DNA of 49,342 nucleotides from a virus (Duplodnaviria; Heunggongvirae; Uroviricota; Caudoviricetes): IMG/VR virus record IMGVR_UViG_3300025530_000411; one strand, 5' to 3'. Shown piece by piece: positions 45,168 to 49,342 of this stretch (position 1 is its first letter; each line of letters starts with the position of its first letter). The notes under the pieces were generated by a model. It saw only the letters and a program-made list of their open reading frames with translations, ran no database searches and was not told where the DNA came from. The position numbers and the translations under genes were made by a program.

Positions 45168-47657
45168 ATGAACAATATTCTCGGATTGAATCCCGAATTC
45201 AGATTCATTGATCTTTTTGCTGGCATTGGCGGGTTTCGCACGGCCCTGGAGAGACTTGGTGGCGTGTGCGTTTTTTCTTCCGAAATCGATCCTGCGACGA
45301 GCAAAGCGTATAAGATCATATATGGAGAAAAGCCTGCAGGAGACATTCGCAAAGTAAACGCCGAAAGCATACCCGATTTCGACGTGCTCTGTGGAGGATT
45401 CCCTTGCCAAGCATTTTCCGTGGCTGGAAAACGACTCGGATTCCGCGATGAAACGCGCGGTACGCTGTTCTTCGAAATTGCACGCATCGCAGAAGTCAAG
45501 AAGCCGAAGGTACTCTTTCTGGAAAACGTTAAAGGACTTGTAAATCACGATGGCGGAAAGACTCTCGACACTATTGTGAGGGTTCTGTCCGACCTTGGAT
45601 ACAGTGTGGACTTTGAAGTGCTCAATTCCAAGTATTTCGGCGTACCGCAGAACAGGGAACGCATATTCATCATCGGAGTGCGAGACTTCTACACGGAACC
45701 CTACATCATTCCCAAGCGCAATACTGTGTGTACCAAGGCCAAGAAGCGCATCAACGGATACGGCAACATTCGTACTTTCAACTTCAACTGGCCAGACAAC
45801 GACAAAGTGATGACCAGAATTCGGGACATTCTCGAAACTTCGGTTGACGAGAAGTATTATCTGTCCGAAGAAAAAACGGCAAAGCTTGTCCAATCTCTGA
45901 ATGAAGAAAAGGATTCCGACATCAAAAACATCGGTTACATTGAACGCAAAAACCAGGGAAATCGAGTGTATTCCATAGACGGCGTTTCTCCGACCATTAC
46001 GAGCGTCGGCGGAGGTATCGGAGGACACGGTTCTGGCGTGTACGCCGTGCCTTTCGAAGGACATGCAAACGTTGGACAAGTTCCCTCGGAACAAGCCGTT
46101 AACGCACAGACCTCCATGGACGAAGCAGACTATACCTCTGACGAACAAGCGGAATACACACATGGAGAAGATGTCGATAATGTCGTTCTGCAGGAAATAA
46201 TGAACTTCGTACTCCGATATGGAATAAAGGGAATCGCGGTGTCCGCAGAGAATGCGGCTCCATTCGACAGGCTCGTTCAGTATGGGTTTTTCAAACAACT
46301 CAACGGAACCTATTCGATAGATGAAGACGGATTGGAAATCGAAGAAAGCGGAATGCGCATAGTCGGTCTCCTCGACATGAAGGGTACGGACCAAGTACGC
46401 CGTGTATATCATCCAGACGGAATTTCGCCTACCCTGACCACATCGGGTGGAGGACATCGAGAACCAAAAATTGCCATCGAACAGTGCGACGGTGATCCCG
46501 CCATCGAACAGTTTTCGCAAGGAAATGGCATTGCTTGTTGCCTCGATGCAAGATACTACAGTGGCATTTCGTCCAACAGCGTAGGCAAAGGCAGACGGAC
46601 TCACATCATAGAAGAAGTGCGTGCAGTTCTCACTCCTGACAGACTGAACAAACGTCAAAATGGAAGAAGATTCAAGGACAGCGAAGAACCAACATTCACG
46701 TTGACCAGCCAGGACGTTCACGGTGTAGCCATCAGATACAACGAAGCTTCCATAATCAACACCCGCAATATGGGAGCACCTTCTGTACACAACGACGTCA
46801 GCCCCACCTTGTGCGCCACCGATTACAAAGAACCCAAATTGGTGTATCGTGGATGGCGTATCAGAAAGCTTACACCGCTTGAATGTTTCAGACTGCAGGG
46901 ATTCCCGGACGAATACGTGCACACACTTCGAATGCACGGTATGTCCGACACCCAACTGTACAAAATGGCAGGAAATGCCGTTACCGTCAATGTGATAGAA
47001 GCTATCGGCGCCAAACTTCTCACATTCGACGGCAAGAATACGAAAGTGATTGAAACTTCTTCGATTCCACATCACAAAAGTACATCTTCGGCGCAGGATA
47101 AACAAGAAAAATTCGCCGCAACATTCGCAGAATATGCCAAAGCAAAGGGACTCCATGGTCGGTTCACTTCTTCGGAACTGTATAACGACATGAAGAAGTA
47201 TGTTGAAGAAAATAGCAAAGAAGTTGTTGGACTCAATTCTGCGATCAATTTGGGCACTCTTCTCAGCCAAGCCGTAGATAAACTTCAAGAACTTGGTGTG
47301 GATGTAAAGAAGAATTCCAAAAATTGGACTGTTGTATGCAAGGTCGAAGGCACTATCAAAGAATCCGCTTCGGAAGTTCAGGAATATTTGGTTCCATTCG
47401 TCCAGTTGATGGACAAGTTCCTGGACGACTGCAAACCCGCCACCTACAAGACATCCAGCTTGTATAATGAAGTCAAAGGATTCGCAGACAAACATGGCAT
47501 GATCTGCAAAGCACTTAGCAATGCCATATTCTTCGGTACGTGCCTGAGCAAAGAATGGGAAAAGGTGCAAGGCGGACGGTACAAAATCGTTAAATCTGGC
47601 AAAAAATGGAAAATAGTACACGGTGGGAGACATGAGGAATATACAATTTCCGATTGA
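45168..47657 (+). CDS. dcm: C5 cytosine DNA methyltransferase with an expanded variable region and a C-terminal extension
   Basis: Motif I FIDLFAGIGG, IV GGFPCQAFS, VI ENVKGL, VIII PQNRERIF, IX RKLTPLECFRLQGFP and X AGNAV. AGGAGG RBS before ATG 45168. No cognate endonuclease is visible. Confidence 0.92.
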   Translation: MNNILGLNPEFRFIDLFAGIGGFRTALERLGGVCVFSSEIDPATSKAYKIIYGEKPAGDIRKVNAESIPDFDVLCGGFPCQAFSVAGKRLGFRDETRGTLFFEIARIAEVKKPKVLFLENVKGLVNHDGGKTLDTIVRVLSDLGYSVDFEVLNSKYFGVPQNRERIFIIGVRDFYTEPYIIPKRNTVCTKAKKRINGYGNIRTFNFNWPDNDKVMTRIRDILETSVDEKYYLSEEKTAKLVQSLNEEKDSDIKNIGYIERKNQGNRVYSIDGVSPTITSVGGGIGGHGSGVYAVPFEGHANVGQVPSEQAVNAQTSMDEADYTSDEQAEYTHGEDVDNVVLQEIMNFVLRYGIKGIAVSAENAAPFDRLVQYGFFKQLNGTYSIDEDGLEIEESGMRIVGLLDMKGTDQVRRVYHPDGISPTLTTSGGGHREPKIAIEQCDGDPAIEQFSQGNGIACCLDARYYSGISSNSVGKGRRTHIIEEVRAVLTPDRLNKRQNGRRFKDSEEPTFTLTSQDVHGVAIRYNEASIINTRNMGAPSVHNDVSPTLCATDYKEPKLVYRGWRIRKLTPLECFRLQGFPDEYVHTLRMHGMSDTQLYKMAGNAVTVNVIEAIGAKLLTFDGKNTKVIETSSIPHHKSTSSAQDKQEKFAATFAEYAKAKGLHGRFTSSELYNDMKKYVEENSKEVVGLNSAINLGTLLSQAVDKLQELGVDVKKNSKNWTVVCKVEGTIKESASEVQEYLVPFVQLMDKFLDDCKPATYKTSSLYNEVKGFADKHGMICKALSNAIFFGTCLSKEWEKVQGGRYKIVKSGKKWKIVHGGRHEEYTISD

Positions 47658-48039
47658 GGTAAGTGGTATCAAATTCGGCAACGGAAAGGTCATTGAAGAC
47701 AGGTTCGATAAAGCCGGTACTTTGGTAGCAGTCCGTCCTTGCGGGAAAGAATACCAAGGAAAGACGTACCTCGGTCTGCACATAGGTGACGTAGCGCTCA
47801 GACAAGTTGCAAAATATAACAGGGAAACGAAGGAAATTGAAATAGACTTTTCGATGCACAATCCTGCCATCTATGTATTCGCCTTGAAAAAGATTGTGTA
47901 CGGATGCGAATCCTGGTGGAGGGAAATTTCCGACCCATCCGAACTCCGAGAAATAACGGACGAGGACATTGAAAATACGTGGTATGTGCAACTTCTCCGG
48001 CAGATTGAAAAAGAAAAAGATGAAGCAAAGTCAGAATAA
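47632..48039 (+). CDS. conserved hypothetical protein
   Basis: Overlaps the end of dcm. Protein-like composition (LVAVRPCG...GKTYLGLHIGD...NPAIYV...KIVYGCESWW). Terminator at 48120-48152. Confidence 0.65.
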   Translation: MRNIQFPIEVSGIKFGNGKVIEDRFDKAGTLVAVRPCGKEYQGKTYLGLHIGDVALRQVAKYNRETKEIEIDFSMHNPAIYVFALKKIVYGCESWWREISDPSELREITDEDIENTWYVQLLRQIEKEKDEAKSE

Positions 48040-48119
48040 TATATTGACGGAAAACCGTTTTTTGTGTTAAAATAAAATTGACGCTCGTTATCAACCACAC
48101 CTTACACATAACGGACAGA

Positions 48120-48152
48120 AGGCCGAACCGATATGGTTCGGCCTCTTTCTTT
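48120..48152 (+). terminator. intrinsic terminator
   Basis: AGGCCGAACC-GATAT-GGTTCGGCCT followed by a T-rich tail. Confidence 0.7.
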
Positions 48153-48238
48153 ATTTGCACCTGTGTACAAACTATTGTATGCTGACATCAGATTATGTTA
48201 CCATGGACGTACGATAAGTGTGTTGGGGGATGTAACAA

Positions 48239-49342
48239 ATGTTGGAAAAGTTCAAAAGGTTAATTGAGTTGGAAAAAGAAGTGGAAGGTCTGGAAGGAGA
48301 ACTGCGGGCCACAAAAGTCTTCTACCAAGACATGTTTTACAGTGAAGGACAGCAGATGGCTCGACTTCTCGCGTTTCTGAAGAAACAGCAAAAGACCGTC
48401 AAAAATCTTTATTTGGCATTCGGGACACATGGTCAGTTATTTGAAAAGTACGACTGTGTGTCAAGTCTGCACAGCATGGTGAACCAACTCTACACGGCGA
48501 TGCAGGAAGTCACAGCCAATATCGAACAAGAACATGAACTCATGACGGGCGCACAGTACGTCAAAAAACTCGAAGAAAGCATAGAAGATAGGAGGAAGGC
48601 ACTCAGAGAATTAAAGCCAGAATTCGTAAAGCGGTGCATAAGCGGATTGGGAGAAATCGGCCTGTACATGAAGTACGGTGCATTCGCACCTGACAAAGAG
48701 ACACTGTCCAAAATGATAGGAACTACCTTTGGAGTCGAAGACGAAAAGATGAAACACGACATTGTCGAACGTTTGTACAACGAATTCGGATTCCATTCGG
48801 GCGGCTATCTGAATGTTAGGGAGACGGATGCAGAAAAATCCGCCTTCGATCCCAAATGCATCGTTGCGGAACACGATAGCACAGAATTTTATGACTTGTC
48901 ACAAAAACCCCAGATAAAACACGGCACAATCGTGTTGGAAGCTACATGCAGATGCAAAACACATGTAGAAATGTCCGTAAATTGGTGCACGACATATGAC
49001 GTAGGAGGAAAACGGTACGAAATCGACGAACTTTCGGCAGTAGGAATCGCACATCACATGATCGAATTCACGGGCGACTGCGACATTGACGGGAAACTTA
49101 CCACCGCAGATGCCTGCTTCTATGACGAAAACGTAGAAATTGCACCGATAGTAGTTCGTTTACCTTCCGACATCTCTGTAGAAGAAGCTTCTGCACTATT
49201 CGACCAAATCGCTGACGATTTCTGTGAAGACACATTGATTCAGAAATGCGAAGATCTCCTGGAAAAGGAAGAACAATACTTGAGGAACAAAGCTCTCGAC
49301 TTCATAAAAACAGCAGCATATGTCAATGTGGACGTAGGTTGA
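48239..49342 (+). CDS. hypothetical protein with an N-terminal coiled coil
   Basis: 367 aa; GGGGGA RBS; the stop codon is the last codon of the window. Confidence 0.65.
   Translation: MLEKFKRLIELEKEVEGLEGELRATKVFYQDMFYSEGQQMARLLAFLKKQQKTVKNLYLAFGTHGQLFEKYDCVSSLHSMVNQLYTAMQEVTANIEQEHELMTGAQYVKKLEESIEDRRKALRELKPEFVKRCISGLGEIGLYMKYGAFAPDKETLSKMIGTTFGVEDEKMKHDIVERLYNEFGFHSGGYLNVRETDAEKSAFDPKCIVAEHDSTEFYDLSQKPQIKHGTIVLEATCRCKTHVEMSVNWCTTYDVGGKRYEIDELSAVGIAHHMIEFTGDCDIDGKLTTADACFYDENVEIAPIVVRLPSDISVEEASALFDQIADDFCEDTLIQKCEDLLEKEEQYLRNKALDFIKTAAYVNVDVG

Noticed and set aside
45078-47870. 930-aa antisense ORF (likewise 36958..39027, 17779..19563 and 21562..22983)
   Set aside because: Shadow ORFs opposite well-supported genes, caused by codon bias. 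No RBS or motifs, and atypical composition.
2149-48190. Recurrent CTGACATC-like word near several promoters (about 2149, 7904, 13223, 43181, 48183)
   Set aside because: Short, with variable position and orientation. It could be chance in this composition, and enrichment cannot be judged without counting.

Overview
A 49 kb gene-dense segment of a large mobile replicon from a Bacillota (Firmicutes) host, most likely a phage-plasmid or megaplasmid. It has sigma-A-type promoters and strong Shine-Dalgarno sites. No virion, integrase, transposase, rRNA, tRNA or CRISPR features are visible. The window encodes a near-autonomous replication and recombination kit: an AEP/RepB-type primase running off the left edge (missed by the ORF track), a DUF927/Cch-like AAA+ helicase next to a highly structured origin-like region, family A DNA polymerase, SSB, Sak4-like annealase, PD-(D/E)XK exonuclease, RarA, a RuvC-like resolvase, and SNF2 and DinG helicases. 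It also encodes ParM and HU, a class II ribonucleotide reductase, a multi-repeat C5 DNA methyltransferase, host-manipulation candidates (MecA-like adaptor, sigma-70 region-4-only protein, CCA-type nucleotidyltransferase, MoxR/VWA pair) and many monocistronic hypothetical cassettes, some decayed. Two systems stand out. (1) A PurZ-type enzyme (Ser14 in place of the catalytic Asp of PurA, NF-type nucleotide motif) suggests 2-aminoadenine (Z) DNA synthesis in a Firmicute element, with no recognisable datZ/mazZ in the window. (2) A minimal pilin-like/ATPase/membrane/relaxase cassette is preceded by a 10-bp-phased array of Spo0A-box-like sites, suggesting sporulation-coupled DNA transfer. All family assignments come from motif recognition by eye, not database searches.
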